This document shows positions 27,401 to 38,700 of a DNA stretch of 64,000 nucleotides, piece after piece. How positions within the stretch are numbered: position 1 is the stretch's first letter; the number at the start of each line of letters is the position of its first letter. Under the pieces are notes generated by a model. That model worked only from the letters and a program-made list of their open reading frames with translations, was not told where the DNA came from and made no database searches. Source of the DNA: an uncultured virus (IMG/VR IMGVR_UViG_3300047094_000227) (lineage: Duplodnaviria; Heunggongvirae; Uroviricota; Caudoviricetes; Crassvirales); IMG/VR virus record IMGVR_UViG_3300047094_000227, positions 1-64,000 of that record. One strand, given 5' to 3'. A program made the position numbers and the translations under genes.

Positions 27401-30400
27401 TTTACCTTTAAACTGAGTGTTGTATTTATCAATAAGATTTGTAAGTTGTCTATTCAAAACCTTAGCTTGAGTTAACAATGGACCAAGGTCACCTCTCATT
27501 TGTAACTGTCTAATACTTGTAAATAGAATGTTCAATTGCTCATTCTTATTAAGTCTCTCAGAAGGAGGTACACCTTTTTCAGCAAGTCTTGAATACTCAG
27601 CATTAAGTTTAACCAATAAAGCATCAATCTCTTTACTTCCTGTAGTTTCTGTTTCCAGACCTAATGGAATTAAATAGTTCTTAGTAATTTCTTGAGCATC
27701 AGGATCTCCTATCTCAACACTTAACACTCTAGGAAGTTCTTTAGTTACGTTATTTATATTTGAATACTCAGCTCTAATAGGAATCATCCTTGTTTGCTCA
27801 AAGTCTTTTGGATTAATACCATAGCTATCTTGAAGGATAAGCTTGTATTGTCCCATTTGTTTTCTCCAAGAGCTTGTATAATACCAAGGTAGATCACCCT
27901 TGTTCATCTTTATATCAATGTCTACAAACTTCCAGTCAAGGATATTCACCTTTCCTTCAGGAGTGATAGCCAAGAAATCTATTGTACCAGCAACACCTCT
28001 TTTAGGATCATACACAATAACCTCAGCCATAAACTTAGTTCCTTCAGGGAAAGAGTTTAATCTTATTTGTAAGTTATCTCTAAGTGTTTCATAGAACTTT
28101 CTGTTGTTAGGATCTAATTGAGATATGTATCCGTCATCATTTAATGGATCAGCTCTCAAGTCACCATTCTCATCTACAAATAAACCAAAGGCATATTCAA
28201 TATCAGAGTGACCTTTAGTACCATTAAGTGCCTTTTCATTATCTATAAGTTTCTTATACTCAGACTTAGTTAATTCATTTGCATCAAGTAAATCTTTATT
28301 CCAGCCTTTAATAAGCTCTGTAACCCTAGTAGGAATCTTCTTACCATTTATATAATAACCGTCATCTCTCTTCTCAATCTTGGATCTCACCTCATTAATC
28401 TTATCATAAACTTGTTGTTGAGAATTCTTTTGGAAATACACCTCACCCTCTTTAGCTCTAATGTCTGCAGCTGTACCCATTGCCTCACCAGACATCACTT
28501 TAATAGCAGCTTGGTCCATACCTGACTTAGCAAATAAATTCTTAATAGAAGTTATTATGCTCTGCCACCAGTTTTCCACCTTAGCTAAGTTCTGAGGAAT
28601 TTCTGTTCTACCCTCAGCTTTATTAATAATAGTTTCAGCTAACACCTTACCAATAGCTTCCTTCTTTAATTTAATAACATCAGGTTTACCATCTTTGGTT
28701 TGATAGTTAGGGTCATTACCGTATAACTTAAACACCTTATCAAGAATAGCGTAACCGTTAATCTCTTTCAATAACTGGTTAAATAACTTAGGGTCAGTTT
28801 GTTGTATAATCTCTACAGCAAAGTGCATAGCTTCTTCAGGAAGAGCTACATCTTCTTTACCCTCTATAACTTGTACAAGCTTTTGCATAATCAATGCAGC
28901 ACCGTTAGCATCTTGTTTTGCCCCATCAACTATGATAGACTTAAGTGTTTGAATATCAACACCTGCTCTCTTTAAGAAATCTTTAAAAATAGCTACACTA
29001 GCTGGAGAAGCTGGAGAAGCAGGTAATTTATTACTTGTTTCTGCTGCTGGTTGCTTAGCTTCTAAACCATATAGTACAGGAGTGTTATAGTTGTAATTGC
29101 TTAAATCAACTAAGTAACCACCAGCACCACCTTTAATTCCTTTGATACTAGGCTGCCATATAAGTTTAATCCCTGGGATTTGACTCATAGCATTATACAA
29201 TGCTCCTGTCTCAATAGGTCTACCCTTAGTTAATTGTAATATTTCACTTGTAATTCTTGAAGCATTGAATCTACCTTCCTTCTTAAACTCACTCAATGCT
29301 TTGTTAACTTCTTCAGTGGTTGGATTTGTAACTGAACGTAGTAACCCTAAATTTTGAGCAGCTTCTTTTTTAATCTCTCTAACTTGCTCAGGAGTGAAAG
29401 GAATCTCTTCCTTACCAGCATAGATTAAAGCTGTTTGTTTATTTCCTTGTGTAAGAAGAGTGATATCATGACCACTAAAATACATAGGTGTTTCTTTTCC
29501 AGCCTCTTTGATATGCTTTTGAAGAAGATGATGTACTAATGGAGTGAAGTAGTTCATCTCTATGTTCAACGTTTCTTTAGCTATTTCTTCTGGATTTTTA
29601 TACTTCTTACTTAATTCTTTTGCACTCTTATCTGCATCTGCTAAAGCTTGTTTATAGAAACCTTCTTGTTGTTCTAATAGTTCATCTAAATTTTCATTAG
29701 AGTTAGTTTGTTTTTGAAGTAGGTCTATTTCAATTTGTTTATCTACAGCTTGTTTTAATAATTCTTCATTATAATTAATGCTATTAATTACTTGAATAAA
29801 TTGATTACGTGTAATCTTTAATAAGTTCTTTTGGAAATTATAAACGCTTTCAGCTTTTAAAGCCCCAAGTTTTTGCTTTTTTTGATCTGTTATTGACTTA
29901 TTGAACTCTTCCATTATCTTCTTCTCACTATTATACAATAGATATTTAATAGAAGGATTCAATCCAGTTCTTCCACGTTTAGCAGCAATGTCTAATTTAA
30001 ATTTAAGATATGTATTCTTATACGTTGCATTTAGATAGTTATTAATCTTCTCTTCAATCTCCTTAATGCGATAATCACTTTTAAAATAACCAATGTCTTC
30101 AGATATATTATCAAATCTACCTTCTGCAAAAGCAATTACATCTTCAATGTTTTTGATATCTTCAGCTGATAAAATAGAACTCGCACCTCCTTTTCTAAAG
30201 AAATCTTGATATTGTCTTCTTCCAGAGTAAAGTCTATCTAATGTATTATTTATATTTATAAGTGTTTCTGCACCACGGTTTCCTTCGTATAGATCTGTTC
30301 TTTCTCGTAGGTTTATTAACAATCTTTCATGCAGTATTTCAATTTCTTGAATTGATGGTGTATCACCTACCACTTGATTGTCTTTAAGAAATCTGTATAA

Positions 30401-32794
30401 ATAGTTTTCATTAAAAACAGGTGATACTCTCGTTGATGTACTTACTACCATACCTTCAAAAGAAGGATCTTCACTTCTTCCAGAAAAACTTATAAATCCA
30501 TCTTTTGCTTTAACAACCTTAAGTCCACCATTACGAAGCTGTTGTAAGTTCTCAACTAATGTTTCTTCTAAATCATTTTTAAATTGTAACAATTGATTAT
30601 CAAGGTTAAGCTCATTGGGCTTAAACTCTCTTAAGAACTCAATATTGTCATTCTGTATTTCATGTAATAACACAGCATCTTTAAATGTGTTATTTCCTGT
30701 ATAGAAATAAGTTAAGTTACCCCATGCTGATGGAGATAATTTAAAGTGAGTTGATCTATCAGCAAAGTATTTATCATTAAATCTTAATGACACTTTGTTA
30801 TGATAGACAGAAGGGTTTTGTTTTGTAAGTCCTGTAAGTTGAATAAGTCTTTGTCTCTCTGCCATAGGCATTTGAGCTAGTGTCTCATCATTAAGGTTTG
30901 TCATATCAACATCTTCATCTGTTGTTCTATCAGGAACCTCAGTGAATGTTTGATCTATTCTATATGATAAGTATTGATCTTCGTTAGCAAATCCTAATAA
31001 GTAATTGACTTTTAAGTAGTTACTCACTTCATTCACTAAATCTTCTGCACTAATACTTTTCTTTGTAGGATTTTCTTCTTTAATCATACCCATTACAGCA
31101 TTGATTACAAGCAATTCTTGTTTCTTAGCTGTATCCATCTTCAATGGTTCTGATAAAGATATAGGATTCTTACTATACTTCTTCAATACATCAGGTAACA
31201 CCTTTAATGTTGGAGTGATGTTTGTATAGTTGTTTGTATGAATAAGAGCTTCTTTTTCTATTGGAGAAAGCTTCTTAGTTATTTCTACATTAGTTAGTCT
31301 AGGACGAAAATCACCGTAACTACGTAATCCACCTTCACTATCTAAAATTTTATATTGTTTCTTGAGAGTTTTAGATAAGAATCTACTTCTTTGTTTAAAT
31401 GTCTTATTCAATAATCTATCAAAGAATATTTCATTGTCTTTAACTTCTTGTAAAGATCTTTCTTGTCTTAATGTATATTGAGGAACGTTATTGAAGATCC
31501 AAACATCTAATTCTTCTCTTGTATCAAATGCAGGAGATGGTGCAACATTTACAGCATCATTAAATCCTGCATCAAGATTAGCAACTTCATTCTCATCATC
31601 AATATATGTTTCATAAAGTCTTTCTCCAAATACCCATCTATATCTTTGTGCCACACCATCAGGATATCTTACTAGGTTATCTGTAAAGCCAGTGAGTATT
31701 TCCACTCTACCAAGGTCAGCAATAATACTTGTATCTACAGGAGAGACAGATTGGTCACTCACCACAGAATCAATATAAACAGAATTATTCAATGCATTGT
31801 ATTCTTCCCAGCTCATTAAGTCTGTTAGGTCAGAAGACAAGATCTTCATAGCAGCTACATCATATGGATCTGCTTCTGTAGATTTAAACATGTCAACAAT
31901 GCTATTAATCCATTCAATAAACTTCTTTAAGAATGAATAATCCTCAGGGGCAGCGTTTCTTTGTTCAATACGTTGAATAGCTTCAGCAATTAGTTGACCT
32001 ATGGCTTCTTCTCTTATAGCAGATAGAGCAGGAAGCTGTGTAACATTTCCATCTTCATCTAATGCTAATTGACTAATCACCTTAGGTCCCTCATATAAAT
32101 CTCCATATAAAGAATCTCTAAGTTCTGATTCTTTTCTAGTAGTGGCAGCAGAAGTTAATAAAGCCTCCTTTAGTTCAGAATTCTTATCTAACAATCTATA
32201 CCACCAGTGTGCTGCTTCTTCTGGAAGTTTATTCCAAGCAGCTGGTCTTTTATTTAAGTCATCAAGAATATCCACTGTACCATTAACAAAGTTTGCTGCA
32301 GCCAATGCTCCTTCTACAACAGAACCATCTTCTGCTAAGAACTCAGGAACAAGTCTTTGTTCTATTCCTATGTTCTCTAAGAACTTACCAACAGCACTTA
32401 ATGTATTAATATGGAAATCTAAATTGCTTTTATCTAATCCAAATAAGGAAGACTGAGTAGATATTTGTGGACCATCGCCCTCTCTTAATTCATTCTTCTC
32501 TTGTTCATACAAAGCAGCATCAGACTTAAAGAAGTCAAGGTCTCTCTCAAACTTCTTTTCTGCAACTGATTGTCTAGCAAATTCTCTATCAACAGCTTCA
32601 TCTAATCTAGAAATAATAATTCTATATCCCCCTTGTCCTGATGTTTGTTGTACAGATGCAATAGATCCCCAGTTGCTATTTAATTTAACAGCTGCATTTC
32701 TAGCATCCTTTTCTCTAAAACCCCAATAATCATTTTGAGTTAAGGTGTCTATGTTCGCATCAATTGCTTTTCTAATTTCTATTTTACAAGGCAT
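24449..32794 (-). CDS. Giant virion cargo/polyvalent protein with a duplicated zincin-like domain and a PD-(D/E)XK nuclease domain
   Basis: 2781 aa; LPEEAAH and LPEEAMH repeats; LHEIQND; GTKGH...AGTIDFL...NILDWK; follows the RNAP gene as in crAss-like phages. Confidence 0.75.
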   Translation of the reverse strand: MPCKIEIRKAIDANIDTLTQNDYWGFREKDARNAAVKLNSNWGSIASVQQTSGQGGYRIIISRLDEAVDREFARQSVAEKKFERDLDFFKSDAALYEQEKNELREGDGPQISTQSSLFGLDKSNLDFHINTLSAVGKFLENIGIEQRLVPEFLAEDGSVVEGALAAANFVNGTVDILDDLNKRPAAWNKLPEEAAHWWYRLLDKNSELKEALLTSAATTRKESELRDSLYGDLYEGPKVISQLALDEDGNVTQLPALSAIREEAIGQLIAEAIQRIEQRNAAPEDYSFLKKFIEWINSIVDMFKSTEADPYDVAAMKILSSDLTDLMSWEEYNALNNSVYIDSVVSDQSVSPVDTSIIADLGRVEILTGFTDNLVRYPDGVAQRYRWVFGERLYETYIDDENEVANLDAGFNDAVNVAPSPAFDTREELDVWIFNNVPQYTLRQERSLQEVKDNEIFFDRLLNKTFKQRSRFLSKTLKKQYKILDSEGGLRSYGDFRPRLTNVEITKKLSPIEKEALIHTNNYTNITPTLKVLPDVLKKYSKNPISLSEPLKMDTAKKQELLVINAVMGMIKEENPTKKSISAEDLVNEVSNYLKVNYLLGFANEDQYLSYRIDQTFTEVPDRTTDEDVDMTNLNDETLAQMPMAERQRLIQLTGLTKQNPSVYHNKVSLRFNDKYFADRSTHFKLSPSAWGNLTYFYTGNNTFKDAVLLHEIQNDNIEFLREFKPNELNLDNQLLQFKNDLEETLVENLQQLRNGGLKVVKAKDGFISFSGRSEDPSFEGMVVSTSTRVSPVFNENYLYRFLKDNQVVGDTPSIQEIEILHERLLINLRERTDLYEGNRGAETLININNTLDRLYSGRRQYQDFFRKGGASSILSAEDIKNIEDVIAFAEGRFDNISEDIGYFKSDYRIKEIEEKINNYLNATYKNTYLKFKLDIAAKRGRTGLNPSIKYLLYNSEKKIMEEFNKSITDQKKQKLGALKAESVYNFQKNLLKITRNQFIQVINSINYNEELLKQAVDKQIEIDLLQKQTNSNENLDELLEQQEGFYKQALADADKSAKELSKKYKNPEEIAKETLNIEMNYFTPLVHHLLQKHIKEAGKETPMYFSGHDITLLTQGNKQTALIYAGKEEIPFTPEQVREIKKEAAQNLGLLRSVTNPTTEEVNKALSEFKKEGRFNASRITSEILQLTKGRPIETGALYNAMSQIPGIKLIWQPSIKGIKGGAGGYLVDLSNYNYNTPVLYGLEAKQPAAETSNKLPASPASPASVAIFKDFLKRAGVDIQTLKSIIVDGAKQDANGAALIMQKLVQVIEGKEDVALPEEAMHFAVEIIQQTDPKLFNQLLKEINGYAILDKVFKLYGNDPNYQTKDGKPDVIKLKKEAIGKVLAETIINKAEGRTEIPQNLAKVENWWQSIITSIKNLFAKSGMDQAAIKVMSGEAMGTAADIRAKEGEVYFQKNSQQQVYDKINEVRSKIEKRDDGYYINGKKIPTRVTELIKGWNKDLLDANELTKSEYKKLIDNEKALNGTKGHSDIEYAFGLFVDENGDLRADPLNDDGYISQLDPNNRKFYETLRDNLQIRLNSFPEGTKFMAEVIVYDPKRGVAGTIDFLAITPEGKVNILDWKFVDIDIKMNKGDLPWYYTSSWRKQMGQYKLILQDSYGINPKDFEQTRMIPIRAEYSNINNVTKELPRVLSVEIGDPDAQEITKNYLIPLGLETETTGSKEIDALLVKLNAEYSRLAEKGVPPSERLNKNEQLNILFTSIRQLQMRGDLGPLLTQAKVLNRQLTNLIDKYNTQFKGKDAKTFDEAEINRMSLEINRAEATISIYTTLDTDLDFLFENDSSEEAKQLEEDLTKTVKDARKLQVQLRKLSDDFNEDVVAASVDVKKLISPEKIIKGLGKWFGTTSTFQSKAIQVLYKKANKAFAYAGYDTLDETRRLGTYKANFDKWAKSKGLNPKNYFDILKKKDSNELIDQYNPDFYTTLKKKINDKDVDWIKNNIDIEAYKAALEEKIAEETARIEGKMAGRVGTDVQNLEAEADEISQMRRKYDISNPKGAGWFQYSLINKHPDTKWESAEWVELNKPQNRAAKDFYDYIIEKNNEYAELGYIYKGEARTFLPYVRKGLTEKLIFGGKITVGEQFIRSITVDEGDTGFGKFDPITGRPINTIPKYFTREIDGEVSTDLFRTMALYNEMAIKYKYVSEIEEQAQGLVATERNKKAIATSIFGKTQKDANGDLTYTPDNSENTKLLDDMVKSIIYGQKYITSESFDQILGKFGDFGEKINKKIGRDLFPKNLKGKQISFNKVINNINNQFAVNALGLNLLSSASNYFGGNSQSIINSGKYFTKADYLRNQLWVLPGKMIGGDKKKYIAALEYFLPLSENYNREVAKTLSLSNLTQERIQDFLMILMRKSDLNVQTTNFYSFLDNSIVLDGQVVNAREYLRSTPEYENMFTGTSDERKTRRDKFEEDVKQLVEEKGVMKLAELVDNKLVIPGVERKSESVVNLRRNVQSLTKNALGTLSDDDIRPINQTIYGSSFMLFKNWIPRLVDVRMGNLKYNSASDAYEWGRMRMMYRVISDDLLGSLKSLTSAIKGNDDQWVAQMQALFEKKAADYKADTGKDLEMTEGEFLGLVNQNMKSQMLDVIFLASMWALVMGLKAFAPDEDEDPAVRNKYKYLMRAVDKFKDEITYFYDPTSMAGLVSKGIFPSLAIIENFIKVIKNGGTELFYLYVEPDEKAVKKNFVLKYVMKQFPITSQAGAYLPAFYPEAAKDLGIKAQSQSGYAK

Positions 32795-32795
32795 A

Positions 32796-35700
32796 TTAAC
32801 AAGTTTTCTTATATGTGATAGCTTTAGCTAAAATAACTTCTTTTTCAGCAACAGTTAACTTTGGTTCTTTTCCAAAATTATTCTTAGTTGCGTCTATAAT
32901 TTTTCCATCATTCAATACAAAATAATCAGTCCCATTGTAGTTAGCAACTTTAATGCTACCATTTTGAATTTGTTGTCTAGCAGTTATTTGATTTATAACT
33001 CCTTGGTCTTTAACAATATTACCATTACCATAGGTTATATCACCGTTAGGTTTTAAAAAATAGTAAGTGCCACCTATTAAAAACTGCTTATCTTCTTGAA
33101 CAGGAATTGCAGGTAAAGGTACATTATTTTCTTCTACAACTTGTAACTTTTTATCAAAATAATCAATAATACTTTGATTAGTAAGTTCACCTTTTACATG
33201 AACAGTTCCATTGTTAAATACAGACTCTCTGTTATCATCATACATTTCTGTAGCATATTGACCATCTCCCCAAAGATTGATAGCTTTGTAGTAGTATTTA
33301 GAACCTCTTACAAAATCTGTACCATCTTCATATTTAACTTTTTGGAAGCCCATTACATCATTTAAAGATGTGTCACCTATTGCTTTTCTCTTCTCAAAAT
33401 CAGCACGTGATACGCTCTCTCCATTAATTATATCAATTCTTTCATTACCGTTTTTAACCACTCTAGGAACTAAAATGTAATCAGATGCTACATCTTTAAA
33501 GTTATCAAATCTATCAAGCACTAACACTTGTTTAACTCCTTCTGTAGATATACCTTCTAGTGTTGGGAACTCATCAAACTCAACTTCACTAACAAACTCT
33601 CCAAGATCATTTACCCCTTCTCCAAAGAAGCTTGGTGCAATATCAGTGATCTTTTTAAATATAGCTTCATCGTTCCAGTTGTTTCTTTGGAATGCCCCCA
33701 CCTTACTGAAGTTATCTAACTTTAAATCAGAAGCTAATGAATTAACAACATCTTTTAATCTCTCAGAATAGTCTTCAATAGGGACAATGTTCTTAATAGA
33801 TATAGCTGATTGGTAGGTTCCCTGAAGGATAGCCAAGTCTACTATTCTATTATATAAACCATTTGTAGCTGGGTTATCTCTAAGCTCTCTCATCATGCCT
33901 TGATATAAGTTATTATCATAAGCAGTTTTAAGATTTGCTTTTAGTCTAAGACTCTTAGCACCCCCAACTCTATCAGAAGAAACTTGTTCTAATTGTTGTA
34001 AAATCTCCATGTCTGGATAATCCTTCTTTGCTTTAGCTACATCAGTAACTACAGCTGTATAAGGATCAACTAACAACTCTGTTAGTCTAGAACGTAGATT
34101 AGTTCTAGTTAGGAATATATAATCAAGGAACGATGTCTTAACCTTATTACCCACTCTATCAAAGTCATCAGCAGCCAAGTACTCATCTTCTTTATATGGA
34201 TCTAACACCTTATTAGTGATTACAGCAAACTGAACTTGGTCAAGTTTTAATATAGGAGATAATGCATTTATAGCATTCTCAGTGATGTTAGCTTTCTCAC
34301 CTACAAAGGAATTATTCAACACATCTCCAACAGATGAAATTATATTTGTTTTATCAGCTAAAGTAGTTCTCAATCTCTTCTTACTCATAGCTTCTGCACT
34401 TCCAAACTTAGTAGTGTCGTAGTTAGTAGCTTGTGTAAACTTAAATAAGAACTGACCCATCTTATGGTATTTCAAGAATTCAACCAATATTCTTTGTTGT
34501 TCAACATTGTCAATAGCTGTACCAGCATAGTAATTTTTAATATTAGGAGCTAAGTTCTTCATATCAATCTTATTACTAACTACAGCTTTTCTATCAGCTG
34601 GGAACTTCTTACGAATAAAGTCTAAGTTCTTCTTGCTATACACAGAGCTAGAACCAATACTATCTAGATAGTTCATGTACTCTTTAATGATAGGTTGGTT
34701 TAAGAACAATGCGGTTGTCTTTACAGGAGTTCCTATTCTAGTCAAGAACATTGCTGTACTGATGATGTTATTGCTGCTTAAGATTTTAAGAATGTAAGGA
34801 TCTTTAGCCACATCCACAAATGATGTAATGAATCCTGATAAGTTATCAGAGATGTATTTGTTTGCTCTATCTAATACACCAGACAAAGATATTCTATCTT
34901 GTCCATTGATTCTCACTGTGTTATGAGGAAGTATCACTCTACCGTCACCTATTATCTTTCTTTCATAATCAGATAGCTGAGAGAACTTTAATGGATCAAT
35001 ATACCCTTCTATTTTTTGGAACAATGAATGGTTAGTGATATTAACAGCACCAATACCCACCCACTTCTTAGCTACAACAAACGCATGTCTTAGCATAGTT
35101 AAGAAGTTACCATCAAGGATTCTATTTTCTATTTTGCTTTCATCCACTCCTCTAAGACCATCAAGTTCATCAGCAATACCTTTTAATCCTGCATCAGAGA
35201 TAGGAGTGATTAATCTATCATAGTTCTCATCAAGAGTTAATATATCCTCAAGACTCTCATAATATTCATTCTCAACAGATTGTTTGTATAACTTATCAGA
35301 TAATACAGTATAATCATCTTCTCCAACAACTACAAAGTCATCTTCTAGATTAAGCATGCTTTCAATATCTTCTTTTAATATGAAGTTTTTAATAGCATCT
35401 TTAGCCTGCTCACCATACCCAAAGAAAGGAACTTGTTTCAATTGACCTTTAGAGTTGATGTATGTATTCTTTAAATACATATTAAGCTTATCTATATCAA
35501 AGTCAGATCCTGCTATCTCTGTAATCTCAGAAGGTAACACAACTGTCTTACCCATAGATTGAGGTAGGAAACCTTTTATCTTAAACACTAATGAAGAACT
35601 TGCAGCCTGGTTAGGGATACGGAAACCAATACCCTTAAGAATTGATTCATTCTCAGGCTTATTTAAATATTCCAATAACTCTTCATCAGACTTAAATCCA

Positions 35701-38700
35701 GCCTTCTTAAACTGCTCCTTAAACCAATAAGGAACTAGTATCTCCATGTAACGATTTTCTTTAGTGTAGGACTTAAGGGTACCGTCTGTAAATACTTTCT
35801 TACCATTAATTTCAACCACACCTCTCTTCTCTCCAGACTTCTCCCACATAGTTACAGGAACCTGTACAGCAGGGAAACCATTCACCTTAGGAGAACCAAT
35901 TGCTTTGTCCACCATAGAATAAAGAATATCTCTAATCTGTACATAAGCAGTAGATGCTTCAAATGGAATTGGAAACTCTCCATTTGCATCAGTTCTGATT
36001 GTATCTATAGCATTATCATCTAGCTCTCTTCTTAACATTTCATATTCAAGAGATTTAGATACAGCAGTTGGGTCCACTATATTATATACACCACCAAGAT
36101 CTTCAACACCTAACTTCTTTAATAACTGATTGTAATTTTCTAAGAATAAGTTATTTAACGCTTTTACATTACGAGTGTATGCTTTTTGAATCACTTCAGC
36201 TCTTTCAGGATCTGCAGTTCTAGGTTTACCATTTTCAAATAAATCTAAGCTAGCTATCTTAGTAGGCTGAGAACCAAGGGTTTGTCCAGTACCTCCATCA
36301 TAACTATTCTCCACTTGAATACCATAAGTCTTCCAAGCTACAGGAATCATCTTACCAAAAGGTGCTGTGTTTACATCTCCTGTTTCAAGATCGTATAAAT
36401 CAAACAACTCTTCAGCACCCACCTTTCTACCAGATTCAAATATAGCGTATTCAGCTTTCTCCTTCCACATCTTTATGTAGAAGTCTCCTAAGTTATAATC
36501 CTCTAAGTCTTTATAATATAAAGGCATTTGAGAAGTTTTATCTAGCACTAAGTCAATTCTATTTGAACCATACTTAGGACCAGACACAATAGGCTTTAAC
36601 ACCTCTCTGATAAACTCAGGCTCAGGAGTGCTAAGAAGCTTATCATCATGAGCTTTTAATTTCGTATTATTTCCATAGGTCCATTCAACATCTTTTCTCT
36701 TATCAAGAGCTCTTCTTGTATAAGCCATGTTCCACTGATAGTTATCTTCAGCAAGACCATTTAAATCCCATTGACCATTTCTAAGCTTAACACTTCTATA
36801 CACGTGATCCATTATCCAAGAACCAGCATCTGCTTCATTTATCTTACCTCTAACTGTTACATCTCTAAGAGTGACAGTGTTCATGTAAGGTTTGAACAAA
36901 TGGTGTCCTGGATCATTTTCAGTTAATTGCACTCCACCAGCATTGTTATATTTTTGGTTATGGAATGTATTAAACTCAGGATGATCAAATGTTGTTTTTC
37001 TACCAGACAAGAAAGACTTAACACGTTTAGTTTCATCTAATTTACCTTTCTTTGTAGCAAACTGATATGGATCACCAAATAAGATTTTATGGAACTCTAT
37101 ATTGTTAATGATGTAGTTTATTCTAGCAAATGTTAGAATATCAGTTACATCATCTTGTGATAGTTTGTTTTTATTTAATTGCTCAGCTTTAGCAAACTTA
37201 CTATCTAAGTCTTCATAAGTTACTGTCTTATTAGGATTATTAGTAAGCTTATAGTTGTCTACTAATATTTTATTAGTAGCTGCTACATTACGTTCAATGT
37301 ATGCTTTTACATCTGCATTAATAGCTTCTGCATTCTCCTTAATGTATGCATCAATTTGATCTTGTGTAGCACCATTGATAATCAAGTTGTTAACACCAGC
37401 TAGCGTTTTACCCTTAAGGATATCTTTAAAGAACCTAAGCTCTTTTGCCTTTCCTAAGTTCTTAAAGTCATCAGTGACATTAGCTAACTTCTCTCTATTT
37501 TCAAAATCTAATGCTAATGCAATATCATCTTTTAAGTATCCTTGGAAGATTGTATTCACCTTTCCCCAAGCTAATCCACCAGCAACTTCTTTAAAGCTGA
37601 TGTTATTACCTAAGTTCATCATCCATTCTGTAGAACTATCTGCAGGGATTAATATATGGTAGTTACCATTAAGGTTTTGATTAATCTCTTGAGTGAATCT
37701 ATTACCAAGTGTTAAGCCTGTAGTGCTTTTATCTACACCAGTGTTTTGGTTCTTTGTACCACCAATGTGAGAAACTACTAAAGTTTTAATCTTCTTACCA
37801 TCTTTATTGTAGAACAGTCCTCCCTTCTTGAAGAACAAACCGTTTGTAGAGAATACATCATTAAGCTCAGGTCTATTTGATTTTAATTCTTCAACTGTAT
37901 CAGCCTCATTAAATTCATTTGCAAGTAATGAAGGAGCATTGTTTTCTGTATATGCTTGTGTATTCTCACCTTCTACGTTAGGATATGTAGTGTCCTGGAT
38001 AGGATTTTCCACTCTAACATATAAGTCAGCTAATGTATCTAATGGTCCATCAATTCCTAATGTCTTACCACTCACTGTAGCCACCTCACCTGTCTTTCCA
38101 AAATATGCATGAATAGAACCCACTGCCTTAACAAAATCATCTCTTTGTTCAGGCTTCAATCTTAAATATGTGTCCATTGTATATGTAACACCAATCCTAT
38201 TTAAGAAGTCTACCATTTGTTGAGGTGATTCAATATCTACACCTTCTGTAGACACCACCTTATATCTTCCCTGTCCTTTGTTAAATCTAACTAAAGAATT
38301 AGGATCAGTTGACAAGTCTTTAAGATTGTTCATCCAACCTGTCTTAGTTTGCTTACTTACAGTGAATTGATCAGCAGGAGATGTATACACCTCATCAGCG
38401 TTAACGTATTGTATTAATGCATTAGGTCTTTGCTTTGTAAAAGTTTGGTAGAATTGTACAAACAATCTCCAATCATGTGGCTCAAACTTACTGAAATCAA
38501 TAGCAACCATCTCACCACTTTCTCCAGTGGTTCCTTTCAAACGTGTAAACAATCTAACATAGTTAGAGTCATATTTAGCTAAGTCTACTAACTTATCTAC
38601 CATCTTGCTCACCTTAGTGGTATTAGCTAACTTGTCTATCACTGTAGCAAATGCCCTACTGAAGTTTACAAGCTTTAAGAAATACTTATCAGTGGTAGCT

